A DNA stretch of 63,751 bases, counting the filler, from Octopus bimaculoides (Eukaryota), in NCBI RefSeq assembly GCF_001194135.2. It is 7 parts of 6 records of this genome, joined end to end, with 100 filler letters (N's around TTAATTAATTAA, not from the genome) between each part and the next. Parts side by side here need not be neighbours in the genome. Positions count along the whole stretch, not along the records: positions 31,619 to 51,699 come from NC_068984.1; 6 more parts are not named here. One strand, given 5' to 3'. Shown piece by piece: positions 37,260-50,305 of this stretch. Position numbers and translations under genes: made by a program. The notes under the pieces are model-generated. The model was not told where the DNA came from. It made no database searches and saw nothing but the letters and a program-made list of their open reading frames with translations. Within the stretch, counting starts at the first letter, position 1, and every line of letters begins with the position of its first letter.

Positions 37260-39400
37260 ATGACTTTTAAAAATGAAATAAAATTTATAAAAAATCGAAT
37301 GAAATTAACAATACAAGGACAATACAAATGAAGCGATGATCAGACCACGCTCCGAACCCACAAGACCCGATCTACCACTGGCACCTTTTTTGTTCTTTTT
37401 TTTTCCCGTCTATTCACACGGTTCCTTGCACGCACAACACTCGTGCAACGTGCTTCCATCTCTTTTGGAACGTACACTCCGACAGACATCTCTTCTCCAG
37501 CCACACTTTAGCCGTTCAGGAAGGGGACAGATCTCTTGGCCCCTTTACCCGGGTTTCCGTTGCAACAATCACATCCAATTTTCTTGACCTGATATCATTT
37601 AGGAAGCGTCCTTGCTTCCAGCTAGACATCAGGTCACGAACATTTATACAACCAATGTGAATAGACATGACATACCTGTTAATCAGGGCTGTCTGGTGGA
37701 GAGGACCCTCCACCTTTTCTTGATACAGCATCGAGGTGGCAGGTCTTGGGAAATAGATTTGTTAAAATCCCGTCTCATTACCGACACAGAATTATCAGGT
37801 GGAGGGGGTGTCTCCACCTTTTCCTTTTCTCGCGGGATCGGGGCTGCTAATCCATGAAATATAGACTTATTAAAGTCGAATCTCATTGATGATACTATCT
37901 TACGGTATTTGTTTTGTAAAATTCTATGAGTCTTATTTGAGACTTCATACACGTCATAATTGTTATATTTCTCCGAAAGGTTATCTATTTTTTTGCCGTC
38001 TTAATCAATTGAATGTCTCTCATTAGCTCAATATCTTTAGTGTATACGGCTATTATGCCTTTTTCCTTTCTTTCTATTCTGGCAGTCTTTTTTTGGTCGT
38101 TGTTCTGTAGTAGGTGCCGCTCTCGGTTGAGTTGCTGATTGTATTTTCCTTTTGTTTGTTGTTTTCTTCTCATCTTTTTCTCCTCATTTTCCTTGCAGTT
38201 CCTTCAAATGTGGCCTAATTGGCTGCACAAAAACATCGGGGTTTTCGGCCCTCAACAAATACCACGAGGGTCTCCTCCCCTATCTCAATTGTCTCGGGAA
38301 TTGCTTCAATTATTTTAGGGTCAGCCTGGATGAGGAGACTAACTGTTTGACCAGTCCAGTTAGCGTTTTCGGTAGCGGCAGCCTGGAGGAGAGTAATTTT
38401 CTCTTCCTGTTTGATTAGGACTGCCGCCACCAACCACATAGGATCCACTTCCGGTGCGACCCTTGTGATTTAAATTCTGGACGTTCTCATCCCCATATAG
38501 GTGGGAATGAGCGCCACGTCGTCCGTTTTCAGCGTTTCCACAATGTTTTTGTGCTATTTCTTTGTTGGTAAACCTTACTTCTACCGTACCAAACTTCCTG
38601 CCTCTTGTCAGATAAACTACGTGGCTCCATATTGGCTTCAGGCACTTCTCTATCTTCTCTTCTGTTTTTCCTCTTAATTTTTCTTTTTGCAAGCAGTAAG
38701 TTTTAGATATTGTTTTCTGTTTTTCTTCTCGTAGTAATTGCTCCGGTGGTTGTATTTTAACCACGTTATCATTTATTTGCATCATTTCACTATATTTCAA
38801 AAAATCACACTTATTCGTCGAAAGCAGCCGGGTTCCACCCCCAGCTGCCAACGAAAAACATTTTTCTTTTTTTGGTTGTTCCGTTTGGATGCTAGGTGCA
38901 TCAATTATTCTTTTGGACACAATACTTTTGTTTTTTGGTAAACTCGGGTATTCTTCTGGTGAAAGTTCTGACGAGCTTTCAGATGCATCTCCAAATAACT
39001 CATACATTTTATTATTCTTTTTTGCAACGGGGGAATCCATTATTTCTTTGCTTGTAGTTGGCTCCTCGCCAGACAACATGCAATTCTTCGCTTCGACAGG
39101 AAAAACAAACATCTCTGTTCCAACAGTAGGCCTCTCGATAGACGACATTCTTCTTCCAACGGGGGAATGAACAACGCGTGCTTTCTACAAGCACTTAGTG
39201 TTTTCAAATGAAAACTCTAACAGTTACGAAATTCAACAGTTTAACAAACACAGCAGTTATCATAAATAATAACACTAAGAAACAGCAATTTTCACCACGA
39301 ACACGTGTGACGCGTAACGTTTCTGCCTGTTCACCACCCTATAAAATAACTTATATTATCATATTTAATAACAAATTACTTACATGTCTGCATTAATGCA
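37260..39400 (-). mobile_element. Internally deleted L1/Tx1-like element: 5' UTR, ORF1, endonuclease N-terminus, then ORF2 C-terminus and 3' UTR
   Basis: 262-aa ORF 39148-38360 with RRM-like GTVEVRF; zinc-knuckle-like GRKPRCF; APE N-terminus IGCINVRDL..LDVIVATETR at 37680-37540; then EKRCLSECTFQKRWKHVARVLCVQGTV* and a T-rich 3' end. Confidence 0.7.
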
Positions 39401-39599
39401 AACTGCAACAAATTTGTTCAAAATAACGTAGAATTTGAGCTACGTCAGCTGGTGAAAGAAAGTCTTTGCTAAAAACAAATTCTCGTTGTAACGATATCAA
39501 TAAAAGGATTTTCTAATAAATTTAAGGGAATTCTAGTGATATAATTAAAAAGTAAATATTGTATAAACATTATCAGTATCTAATAATATAATATAAAAT

Positions 39600-41060
39600 A
39601 TTATGCATAATCCAATATTTGCATATCCATGCTTCTGTTCCCAGAGAAGAATGTCGTTGATGATCTCAAACATTGATCTCCAGCAATGTCCAGCGAATCT
39701 TGTTCTTTCTCTGATGACGTGTGATATTGGTGATCAATTACTATTTCATTTTCTAGTAGCGACAGGTCATCAGCATAATCGGCATTTGTGATAGTCATAA
39801 TGGAAAACGCCTACTTTTGGCTGGTTGAAGAGTGAATCCTTTGTCAGAGGCGCATAGAACATAACCTAGGCATATAATGAACAGGTAGGGTGCCAAGATG
39901 TCACCCTGAGGACAGTATCCACTATATCAAAGAACTCTGTGTCGCTATCTGAAAAACGAGCTATAGATTGAGCATTTCTAAACAGCATCATATTGGCATT
40001 GAGAGTTGCCTTTAAAATACCGTATGCAAGAAGTATTTCTTCCACTTTCCGTCTGTGTTTCGAGGCAAAGGCCCCACAAGAACCAACAAATAGGAGATTC
40101 CTCGCACGAATTCCTTCAATAACTCTTCAGACTGTAAAAATCTGGGCGAATTCTAGTTTTTCTTCAAGACTTTTTCGATCTCCGGTCAGATACGATTGAG
40201 TAGCATGACATTGTAAACTTTGGCAGGTATGGCAGTGAGAGTTATCCCTTTGTAGTTCTTGGTGACACCGAAATCTTCCTTCTTTGGAAACGGGAGGATG
40301 CATCCTGTGCTCCATTTCTCAATACGTTTTGATGGCACATAACATTTCAGAGTCGAAGAAGTGTCATTAAATTTCCTTGTTTTCCATACTTCATGTGAGA
40401 TTTCTTTCAAACTAGCTGCCCTTCTGTTTTGCAATGATTTTATGACTGCTTCCAGTTCACCCGCAGAAAACTCCCCAAGTTTTATGTTGAGTTAATGAAT
40501 GATTTTTCTAATTTCAAAGTTGGTAATTTGAGGTTGTTTACCAAGTAGGATTTTAAAGTGATCCCTCCATAGTTTGAGTCGTTCAACTTCATTTGCTGCT
40601 TTCAATTTGGATTTTGAGGAGCTCTTTATTCCGTTTACAATTTTCTATGCTATTGATAATTGTTTATTGTCAATAGAGACTTTAACATTGCCGATTTGTT
40701 TTTATATATAAAGCTCTTGCTCTTTTTGATATTCCGTGGCTAATTCCTTCTGTACTTTCGTGAACTGTTTAGAATTGATCTTGTAAAGTTTGTTCTTTTT
40801 CGTTTAGAAATCTTTCTGAGTATTTCTCTCTTTTCAATAACAGCTCCAATTTCCCAGGGAACTCTACGTTTAACTTTTCGTTTCAGAGAGATGCACTCAT
40901 CTGCTGCTTGCTTGTGTGCTATGACAAAATTTTCATACTCATCATTCGGAGAGGTGGTTTCGAAAGTATTTTTCAGGTGGTTTCAGAAGTATTTTTCAGA
41001 GCCATCAATACGGCTCCTATTGGCAAGCTGTGAATAGAAGATTGCTTTTGTCTTTCAGCG
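39600..41060 (-). mobile_element. RTE-clade LINE, RT region, decayed
   Basis: WSTGCILPFPKKEDFGVTKNYKGITLTAIPAKVYNVMLLNRI, QGDILAPYLFII, ADYADDLSLL. Confidence 0.9.
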
Positions 41061-41890
41061 ATGCATTCTGACATGTTCAACCTAACGCCACTGAGTTTCC
41101 TTGAGCCTAGTAAATAAACTGGATGCACTAGTGCCCTGAAAAGTTGTATTTAGAATCATTCTTACACAAGACAAATGGAAATAATTAAAATTTGTAGCAC
41201 GGGACTGGTATACTGTCCAAATTTCAGCACTATAGAGTAGATTTGGAAGGATGACAGCATAGTAAATTTTGATTTTTGTATTTATGTGAATTCCCGGGCT
41301 CTCCCATACCCTATCTCGCAGATTTCTGAAGTCTGCACCCGCCTTGTCAATATTCGATGACACTTCAATATCGATGACACTTCAATATCGATGACACTTC
41401 AATATCGATGCAAATATCTGAGGACGGTGTATTTTCTAGGTATTCAAAATTGTCTAGAGTTTTTCAGTTCAGTTCATTTTACTTTCATTCCAGAAGGTAC
41501 ACATTCAAGCAGTTTCATGCAGCACTTCTGTTTTTGCAGCGCTGGTAGTCGGCCAAAGTTGTTGCAGTCTCTTGAAAATAGATAGATAGAGGCTTGTATA
41601 TTGGGCTCATCTTGTGCAAAAAATCCGCTATTATCTACAAATAGCAGTTATCAGACACGATACTTAGATGTTTGTCTCTGGTTTTTACTTGCAATCAGCG
41701 AAAACTGAATAATTTCCTGTTATATCTGAACCTAATGTCAATTTCCGGAGAAAGTTGTCTTGGCAACGTGGCAGAAAACTTGATACTGAAAATAGTAAAT
41801 GCTGAGACACAATCTTGCTTCACATCATTTGAGACAGAAAATGATACAGATACGTGTCCATTGCATCTAACACTCATTAGCATATCATCA
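41060..41890 (-). mobile_element. Second RTE family (BovB-like) fragment, decayed
   Basis: KFHDDML..V..NG..S.SF.VSNDVKQDCV...IFSI.FSA and KAGADFRNLRDRVW...I.INTKIKIYYAVILPNLLYSAEIWTVY. Confidence 0.85.
41347..41410. repeat. 17-bp tandem repeat (TCAATATCGATGACACT) x ~3.7
   Basis: Direct observation inside the RTE fragment. Confidence 0.95.
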
Positions 41891-42302
41891 TGAAATTTAT
41901 GCACTATATGCACGGAAATGGATGGACAACCATATATGGCAAAGATTCTTCACAAACGACTACGACTCACAATGTCAAAAACTTTTGTGATATCACCAAA
42001 GGTTATATACAAGTCCTGATTCAGCTCTATGACTTCTATATTGTCTTACTGCAAAGATTATGTCGAGAATATATATTTTTTTTACGAGAAGAGCCTCTTT
42101 GGCTTTCTGGCACGAAATTGTTAACGGTAAGATGGTGAATGAAGGCAATTCAGGAGTATTCTACCCAAGATTTTGTTGGCAATTGACATGTCGGAAATAT
42201 TCCTATGAAGGTTAGATTTACTGTTTGTCACTTTTGTTCTTATATAAGTGAATGACTGTAACGTCCTTGATAAAAGATTAAAATAGATCGGGGGTTCGCA
42301 AT

Positions 42303-42303
<1 letters not shown>

Positions 42304-42389
<86 letters not shown>

Positions 42390-42480
42390 AGAGAATGAGA
42401 GAAAGAGAGAAAGAGAGAGAAGGAGAGAGAGAGAAAAGGAGAGAGAGAGAAAGAGAGAAAGAGAGAGAAGGAGAGAGAAA
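42304..42480. repeat. (GA)n microsatellite and GA-rich tract
   Basis: Direct observation. Confidence 0.95.
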
Positions 42481-43943
42481 TAACTAGATAAATGAATATA
42501 AAAAGAAAGATAGAAAGAAAGAAAGACAGTGACAGAGAAATAACTAGAAGCTGAACGTGGTGAAATACGAAACAGGGATGCACAAATATTCCAGCAACAT
42601 TTAAATGCACTAAGTCAGGAAAAGGAGAAAGAAGACAAATTATGATGAAGGATCAAATAGGAAGACTTTCGGTAAAGATAAGAACATTTAATCAAGAGAT
42701 CAGGTAAGAAAATATCTATTTCAAACAGATATGAAACAGAAACCAGAAAAAGTGAGATATGACTGACATACACATTTAGAGCAGGCGTGGAGCAGCGACA
42801 CATCTCAACAGAAGTACACTTGAAGGAACAAGTGGAAACTTGCAAATTAGAGTACAGTAAAAAGTAGCAAAAAATGTCTTCAGAAGTTCTTCAATATTGG
42901 GCTGACAAATATATGTCTAGACTATAGTTTCGTTGTGAACCATTAAGCAGCTGCCAAAACAGTAAAGTTCAGCTGCCTAATTTTGAGCACTACTTTGTTA
43001 AGTTGGAAACTTTTTAATTAAGGATTGTACTCACATTTTTAAAGTATATCCGAAACTTTAAAGTATATCCGAAACTAAATCTTTCCATCGTATATTTTGG
43101 AGCAAATATCACATCAACATGACAAAGACCACACTGTTTCCATTTGCAAAGCCATGCGTGTCCCTACGTGTCTAATCTTCATCCCGAAGACGATGGTCTA
43201 TCCAGATATGGACAGTTTTATATAAAAAAATAATCAGTACCTACAATCGGTGTACGAATGTTATGATCTTCAGATAGCCCTGTAGATCTGCAAAATGGTT
43301 AAGATCATTCCTTGCACGCCAGGTTTATATCAGACTAACTTTCTACCAGAGACGTATTTTAACGAAAGCTATGGGATACTTCACTTTCACAAGTTTTGTA
43401 ATGTGTACCCACGCTGTTTTTAGACAGTCGTTAACCTTACAGTAAATTCATTTAACCATAGCTTTGTTTTTCTGGGTACCTAGCAGCCTGCCTCATCAGG
43501 CGAGTCTTGTAGTGGAGATGATGGTTTGACACGACGCTAACGATTCAAGCAAACAGTTTGTACTGTGTTACATGATACCTTTGTTCGTCTCGAACTTAGC
43601 GCATCTGAATGCTGTTGAACTCCTTGTCAATCTCTTCTGTACTTCAATTTGGTATTCTGCTCCTAATCGCTCTCTGCAGCTTTTTTGTCTCTCTCGAGTG
43701 GATTTGCTGTTATTTATTGAAAATAGAGTATCCTTGTAGGAAATACACTACAAACTTATTTAACTAGATTATTTTGTATCGATGATTAAATAATTTCATG
43801 ATAAAATCGAAGCAGGTCAATGTCCGTGGAGCATGAAGGGACTCATTCCTGTAAAAAGTTGTGTCAAACAACCCTAATTCTCTTTTCCTTCTATTTTGCT
43901 GATGGCTTCGGATATGATTTTGCCACTGAGTGCTTTTCTGAGC

Positions 43944-43974
<31 letters not shown>

Positions 43975-45379
43975 CTACTGCTAATACAGCAGTCTTTGAA
44001 TTTCTTATTTGGGATTTCCCTAGTGTAAACGATTGTAACTCTGTTGCATATACTGCTAAAGGTACACAAATTATAATGGATTGTATTTCTGCAACCAGTG
44101 AGGACACAGCGATATCCTGTGCAAGAATGTTGTAATGTACTAACTTATCACAAGAAACGTTACGTGAAGCCATCTGTTTCAATTGAAGACACAGACTAGA
44201 CAGTAGCAGACAAATTTTTCTTCGTAGGTAGCACACACAACTGTTATTTTAGGTTATGAAATATTTCTAAGAGTTCAGAAAGCAACTGATTCTTTCAGGG
44301 CGTTTCAGCCCCTTGTCTACTCTCAACAAAGCTCAACTGCGACCGTATATGTTTTTCCAAAGCAGGGCTCATTTGTCACCAACAAAGTTGGATTAAAAAG
44401 ATAACTATTTGATGTTCATAAATATAGATTGCATGACTTGCAGTACCTGTTTGCACGTCCAGTAAGTTTTGACTAGACGCTGTATATCGGAATATACTTC
44501 TGTATGCTGATGTCCATATAAACAACTTTGTCTGTAAGGTCTGAAAAAACATATAAGTACCTAGCATGCCTAAATAGCTACAGACTAAAGCCCAATTCTT
44601 TTCATATACAGCGAAATCCTTCCTTGAACAGGAACACTTAGTCATGTATGTATGTATTACATACATACATGACTAAGTGTATGTTATCATACATACATAC
44701 ATACATACATACGTACATACATAAGAAAGGAGCTGGTTTCTAGCAAAGGTACAAAGCTGCATCGTTGGAATGTAGATAACACAAATAAATTCACATTTTG
44801 AACTCGAGAAAAGTCTTGCATATTTTTACTGCTCTGCTTACAGATTGCATTTGTAAAGTGCATTTTATCTGGTTGCTTTTCTTTCAGAAAACACAAGCTC
44901 ATCCTCATTGTCACTCACGCATTTTCTTGCAAAGCCAAGTGCACTAATTAGTTTGGGTAAAAATGGTGCTGAAGCTGAAGGGTTCGAAGCAGTTGTCCAT
45001 AGTTATCCTCTTTCTTTTTGATTTTCGAAAAGATATTCACATCAGATGGGCAGCTGGCCTTTATGATGGTACATATTTTTCTTGTCCGCCTCAAACAATA
45101 TCCGTCCTGTTATGTTGGTAGACTTTTATGGGAATATTGCTCCAATATTCTTTGTGTTGGTGTTTAAGTATGTATGTCATTATTCAGTTTATTTCAAGAT
45201 TTCTTGCCAATAGAGAAAGAAGCGGTTTCTAACATAGATCTTGGACCATTCATTGGAATTTCAACGTCAAAAAGGATATTTTTGTATGTATGTATGTATG
45301 TATGTATGTATGATTGTATGCATGTACAGATTTGTATGTTTTATGTATGTATTCTCATGCATATAGTTACATATCTAAA

Positions 45380-48147
45380 CATGCTTATATATATCTAAAT
45401 GATAAACTTCTTGACAGTTTTATAGATTTTTACAATTCCAGTGATGGACTAGAGCTGTAGTCTTCGAATTAGCTTTCTCCTTTCTGGTTTTGAGAAGCCT
45501 AATTTCTTAAGGTTGGTATTTAGGCAGTGTGTTACATATCCCAGGGCCCTAATAATTACAGGTATAAGCCTGAACTTGTAATCTAGCTAGGGTAACTGCA
45601 GATTTCTCAATAGTTTAGCATAGGTGTTCCCTTTTCCACTTATCTTAAGCTTTAGCTAACATCCACTGGGCAGCTAATTTCCACAACTGTGCAGTTTCTC
45701 TTCTGTAGCCCAAATCATTATATCAGGCATGTTGTGCATACATTTTATTGAAGTCTTCACTGGTACAATCCACCAGTATTTCTTTTTATTATGAATGGCT
45801 ATGGCTTCTACCATATTATGGGTTTTTATTTCTTTGTCCTCGGCATTATCCTTCCGACAGATTTCATTATAGAGTGTCCTGGCTACAACATCATGCCTCA
45901 TCGGTAGATAATACCGTGATGACATTTTCGGACAACTGTTTATGATGTGGGTGATACCTTCGGTGTGAACTCCACAAAGTCTGCATCGGTTGTCACATTT
46001 TACGGCTTTTCCTGTATCTCTATCCCTTTTGTGCATCAGGTACTTGGTTGATATTTCCTGCTCCTGGATTGCAAACGCATACCCTTCAAAGTGGGAGGTA
46101 GGAATCAGGCTATTCGTTCATGATAAACCGCTTTGATGATCGATGTTACTATCATTACGGAGCTTTCTACTAACATATCCATGTGTAGTCTGCTCATATA
46201 GGCTCATCATTTCATCTGCTGATATGTTGCGGGGGAGTCGTGCGCCTTCTTTAAGCATGTATTCTAGGTTATTAGACAAAGAGTGTTACTCAAGGAGCTG
46301 CCTTCCAAGTCTTATGATGTTATTAGCCTCATGTGTGAAAACTTGGTCAAGGGATGCACTTCGACGCTTGGTAGTTAAAAGATGTTGCCGAATGGATATG
46401 ATGCGACATTCAAAGGTATTTTGTATCGATGTTAAGCCTCTGCCGCCTTCTTTATGTTTTAGGTGGAGCCGGTCTACGTCACTGCTTTCGTGGAAATTAT
46501 ATGTGCTTGTTAGTATTTTTCGGGTTTTCACATCAATGGCTACGATCTCTTCAAATGTCCAATCAAGCAGCCCAAATAACATTGTGAGCCACCATTTTAT
46601 TGAATGCAGAGAGTTCTAAGGTTCAAATTTTCTTTAGTCAGCTGTAATATTCTTTAGTGACACGTGTTTGTTACTGATGCCATTGTAAGATATACTTTCA
46701 TCTACCCCTAGATACCTGTAACATTTCTCGTCAGATACAGAGAAACAGGTAAATAATCGATGGAGAGGATACTAGTCTGGTTTATAGCTTCCCTACTTTC
46801 CACAACCATATAACAACATGTATCCTGACCAAACTCCAACCCTACTTCCTTTGAGATTTCATTTCATGCGTATTCTTTGCATAAAGTTTTAAGCCATCTA
46901 TGAAGAAACTGTGTTTAATTTTGATATTTCTGTTTCCTTGTGAACCAGAGAGATAATCTTCAGACTTCCTTAACATGAATGACAAGGGGTTTACAGAAAG
47001 TATAAACCACATCTCAGAGAGGCTGTCTCCTTGGAATATGCTTCTGCGATATTGCATTCTGTCAGTGATAATACAGTTACTCGTTGTGTTTAATTTGAAA
47101 ATGGTGGCTCGCGATGATGTCAGGTCATCTATGGCTTTAACTATTCACACTGGAACTTTAGCGAGCTGAAGGGCTTCTAGCATCCATGAGTGGGGAACAG
47201 AGTCAACGACTTTCTTGTAATCTAGCCACATTGAAACTAGGTTTCTCCTATGCTCTTCTCACCTCTGACATCACAGTTGATTAACAAATCCTCGGCACAT
47301 CCCCAGACTCCCTTCTTCCCAGCTGATTGTTCTGCTGTGATAATGTTATTGGTTTCACAATGGTCTTACAGGAAGAGGTTTAAACATGCTGTATATATCT
47401 TATACATTAAATTCTGGCATTCAATTGGCCGGTAGTTTTTTGCCGTGTGGGTGGTTCTGCATTTGGGGATCAATTTTGTCTCTGCCAGAGCTAACCAGTG
47501 TGGTCTGCTACTATTCCTAATGAAAGCCTGCTGGTACATCAATTTGATAATATGTGGTCCGTAGAATGTTAGCTTCTTGTACTAATATCCAACAATCAAG
47601 TCTCTTCCAGATGCTTTTCCATCCTGGAATTTCTGCATCACAGTTGCCAGAGTTTCACCATCAATGTTGTATGTCTTGGATGTAACGCAGGAGCAAAAAC
47701 GTTTTTTGGATTTCTTCCAACTACAGAGCATCTTGGTTAAATTCCTTCCCTTCACTCCAGATTTTCCTCCAGAAGGAGTCTATGTCTTCTTGTGAAGGAG
47801 CTTTCGTGATATTTATTGCTCTTCCTCTCAAGTCTCATTTTCAATGGCAGCTTTTAGCTCCTGCTTTAGGGTAATCAGTTTACTGCCTTCAAACATCATA
47901 TCTATTTCCTTCTTTACTTTCTGTTGGTGGGATGTATAGTGATTTTCTTATTTTCATGCAATAAGCATCATTACATGACTGATAGTCTTCCGTAAACCAG
48001 TTATTTTTCTCTCTGTCTTCAAAACCCATGATGGTACTTTCTTTGTTATTTCGGTTTTGTTTACTTTTTGAATATCATTCATGTGCTGTTTTACAGAAGT
48101 AGCCAGCGCATATAGACAGGCTTTAATCTGCCTGTTTTTTTACTTAC
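45380..48147 (-). mobile_element. R4/Dong-type RLE non-LTR retrotransposon, 5'-truncated (~2.8 kb), decayed
   Basis: RT: IFQGDSLS..WF..SVNPLS, HSFFIDGLKLYA; thumb DVKTRKILT..FHESSDVDRLHLKHKEGGRGL; CCHC CRLCGVHTEGITHIINSC; RHD; PDIMIW restriction-like endonuclease motif. Confidence 0.92.
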
Positions 48148-48198
48148 TTTGATAGAGAATACTCTCTCCTCGAGAGAGTCCTTCAAAGCCAAAGTTAG

Positions 48199-48330
48199 TA
48201 TGTATGTATGTATGTATGTATTTATGTATGTATGTATGTATGTGTGTGTATGTGTGTATGTATGTATGTATGTATGTATGTATGTATGTATGTATGTATG
48301 TATGTGTGTATGTGTGTATGTGTGTGTTTA
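48199..48330. repeat. (TATG)n microsatellite
   Basis: Direct observation. Confidence 0.95.
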
Positions 48331-48599
48331 TGCACAAGCATATGCATGCTCGCGTCTATTCATATATATATGCACACACATACGTAAGCGCAGGCATGAA
48401 TGTCAATGCATATGTGGAACTTATTAAATGCTTTGATGGCTTGTAGCTGTCGTTGTTTACATTAAATTTGTTCTGTTCTGGTTTTGTGAAACTCAGCGTT
48501 ACAAAATTGGTACGGAGGTAATTAGCCTCGCTGTCGCATAATTAGTGACAAAATAAAAAATTATAGTCAGTATAGAGTAACTGCAGATTTCTTATAATT

Positions 48600-49520
48600 T
48601 TAACATAGATGTTCCCTTTAGCACTCATCTTTAACATTGCGTTGACATTAGCGGGGCAGTTGATCACCACTACTGTGCTTAATTGCATTTCTCTGTCCTG
48701 GATAATTATGCCTGTTTTGTTATGCCTGCACTTTATTTCAGTCTTAAAAAGAATATTCTCTCAATATTCTTCCATATTACGTGTTATGCTGTTCACATAT
48801 CTAGCTTCTTATATCTGTGTTCTTTGGATTGTCCTTTCTACATATTTCGTTATGTAGCTTTGAAGTTATGACGTCTTGTCTCACAGGTAGGTAATGCAGT
48901 GATGACATTTTTGGGCAACTATTTATGTGGGTTGACACACGCAATGTTAGTTCCATCGACTTTTGCATCAAGGTGGTTTGCCTGCATTTCTGTTCATTTT
49001 GTACATCAGCTACAGTTTCTTTATCTCATGCTAAAGGCATATTCCATATGCTAGAGGCATATACTTCAAAGTGGGGGCGAATATGCCGGTTATTAGTTCA
49101 AAACAGACTATGTTGATTATTTACGTTGCTGTTACTTCGAAGCCTTCAGGGAATATACTCATGCGTGACCTTTTGCTAATGTGTATAGCTTCTCTTCTGT
49201 TGACATGCAGCAGAATTGTAGAACTTCTCTGGGTGAATAGATTTAGTTATCAATCGAAGAATACTTAGAAGCTCTTTCCCGACAATCATAATGTTATTGG
49301 CTTCATATAATGTAGACTTGATCCATGATAAGATTTTCGAACTTGGAAGTTAATAGATATTGTCGAAGGGATATGATGCAATGTCAAAAAATACTATATG
49401 AATCAATATTTAGCTTCTGCCGCCTTGTTTTCATTATAAGTAGAGGCGGCCAACAAAGCTTGATTTTCATGGGAGAACAGTTTTCAGGTTTTTGCATCAG
49501 CAGACCCTATCTCATCTAGC
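48600..49520 (-). mobile_element. Second R4/Dong-type 3' fragment (thumb, CCHC, RLE), more decayed
   Basis: GRLYL..KQGGRS, IISLRQYL, THINSCPKMSSLHYLPVRQDVI; aligns with 45700-46500. Confidence 0.8.
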
Positions 49521-49867
49521 GTCCAGTCGTGCAGCACAAATACTGGCATGAGTATTGATATAGCAATATATTGTAGGCTCTTGGTTTGTTGTACCCAGAA
49601 AGTTCGTAGAAATGTACTTCCTTACTACTGGAGTTTTAGCCGCTGGTTACCTGTACGCATATATATATATATATANNNNNNNNNNNNNNNNNNNNNNNNN
49701 NNNNNNNNNNNNNNNNNNNNNNNNNNNNNNNNNNNNNNNNNNNNNNNNNNNNNNNNNNNNNNNNNNNNNNNNNNNNNNNNNNNNNNNNNNNNNNNNNNTA
49801 TATAAGGATTTCGTAATGAGATAAAGAACCAAGGCTGTGTATAATATAGAAAATTTATAAATAGAAG

Positions 49868-49915
49868 GTCTTACAACTGTTTCCAAGATGTTTATTATAT
49901 CCCTTCATCGGAGAC
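49868..49915 (-). ncRNA. Hammerhead ribozyme motif, left-arm copy with a core substitution
   Basis: GUCU-CCGAUGA-AGGGAUAUAAUAAACAUCUUG-GAAA-CAGUUG-UA-AGAC; U4 replaced by C. Confidence 0.65.
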
Positions 49916-50257
49916 GGTGTAAGAGGATGGTTAAGCAATAGTTAGTTTACATAAGATAGGAAATAGAGAGTGAATGTGGGGATATTGTATTTGTAAATCC
50001 ATTGCTTAGGCAGAATGGTATACATATAAGATTCCAATACTTTGTGAGTAAGATCCAACAGTCTTTAAGATTTGTCATTGCATTTGTAAATCAATTATTA
50101 AGATTCCAATTCCATATGCGTAAAATCCAACAGTCTTTGAAATTGGTCATTCCGAATACAGAGTTTATACACAGTGTTATTGAATCAATATTCCTACATT
50201 CACTCTGTATTTCCTATTTTATGGAAACTAACTATTGCTTAACCATCCTCTCACACC

Positions 50258-50305
50258 GTCTCTGATGAAGGGATATAATAAATATCGTGGAAACAGCTGT
50301 AAGAC
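50258..50305 (+). ncRNA. Minimal type I hammerhead ribozyme with intact core
   Basis: GUCU-CUGAUGA-AGGGAUAU-AAUAA-AUAUCGUG-GAAA-CAGCUG-UA-AGAC; stem I GUCU/AGAC, stem II GAUAU/AUAUC, palindromic stem III ACAGCUGU, GUA triplet (predicted cut after 50301). Confidence 0.8.

Noticed and set aside
43440-43510. Minus-strand CUGAUGA...GAAA spacing suggestive of a hammerhead
   Set aside because: Stem II pairs poorly, and there is no usable stem III, NUH triplet or stem I.
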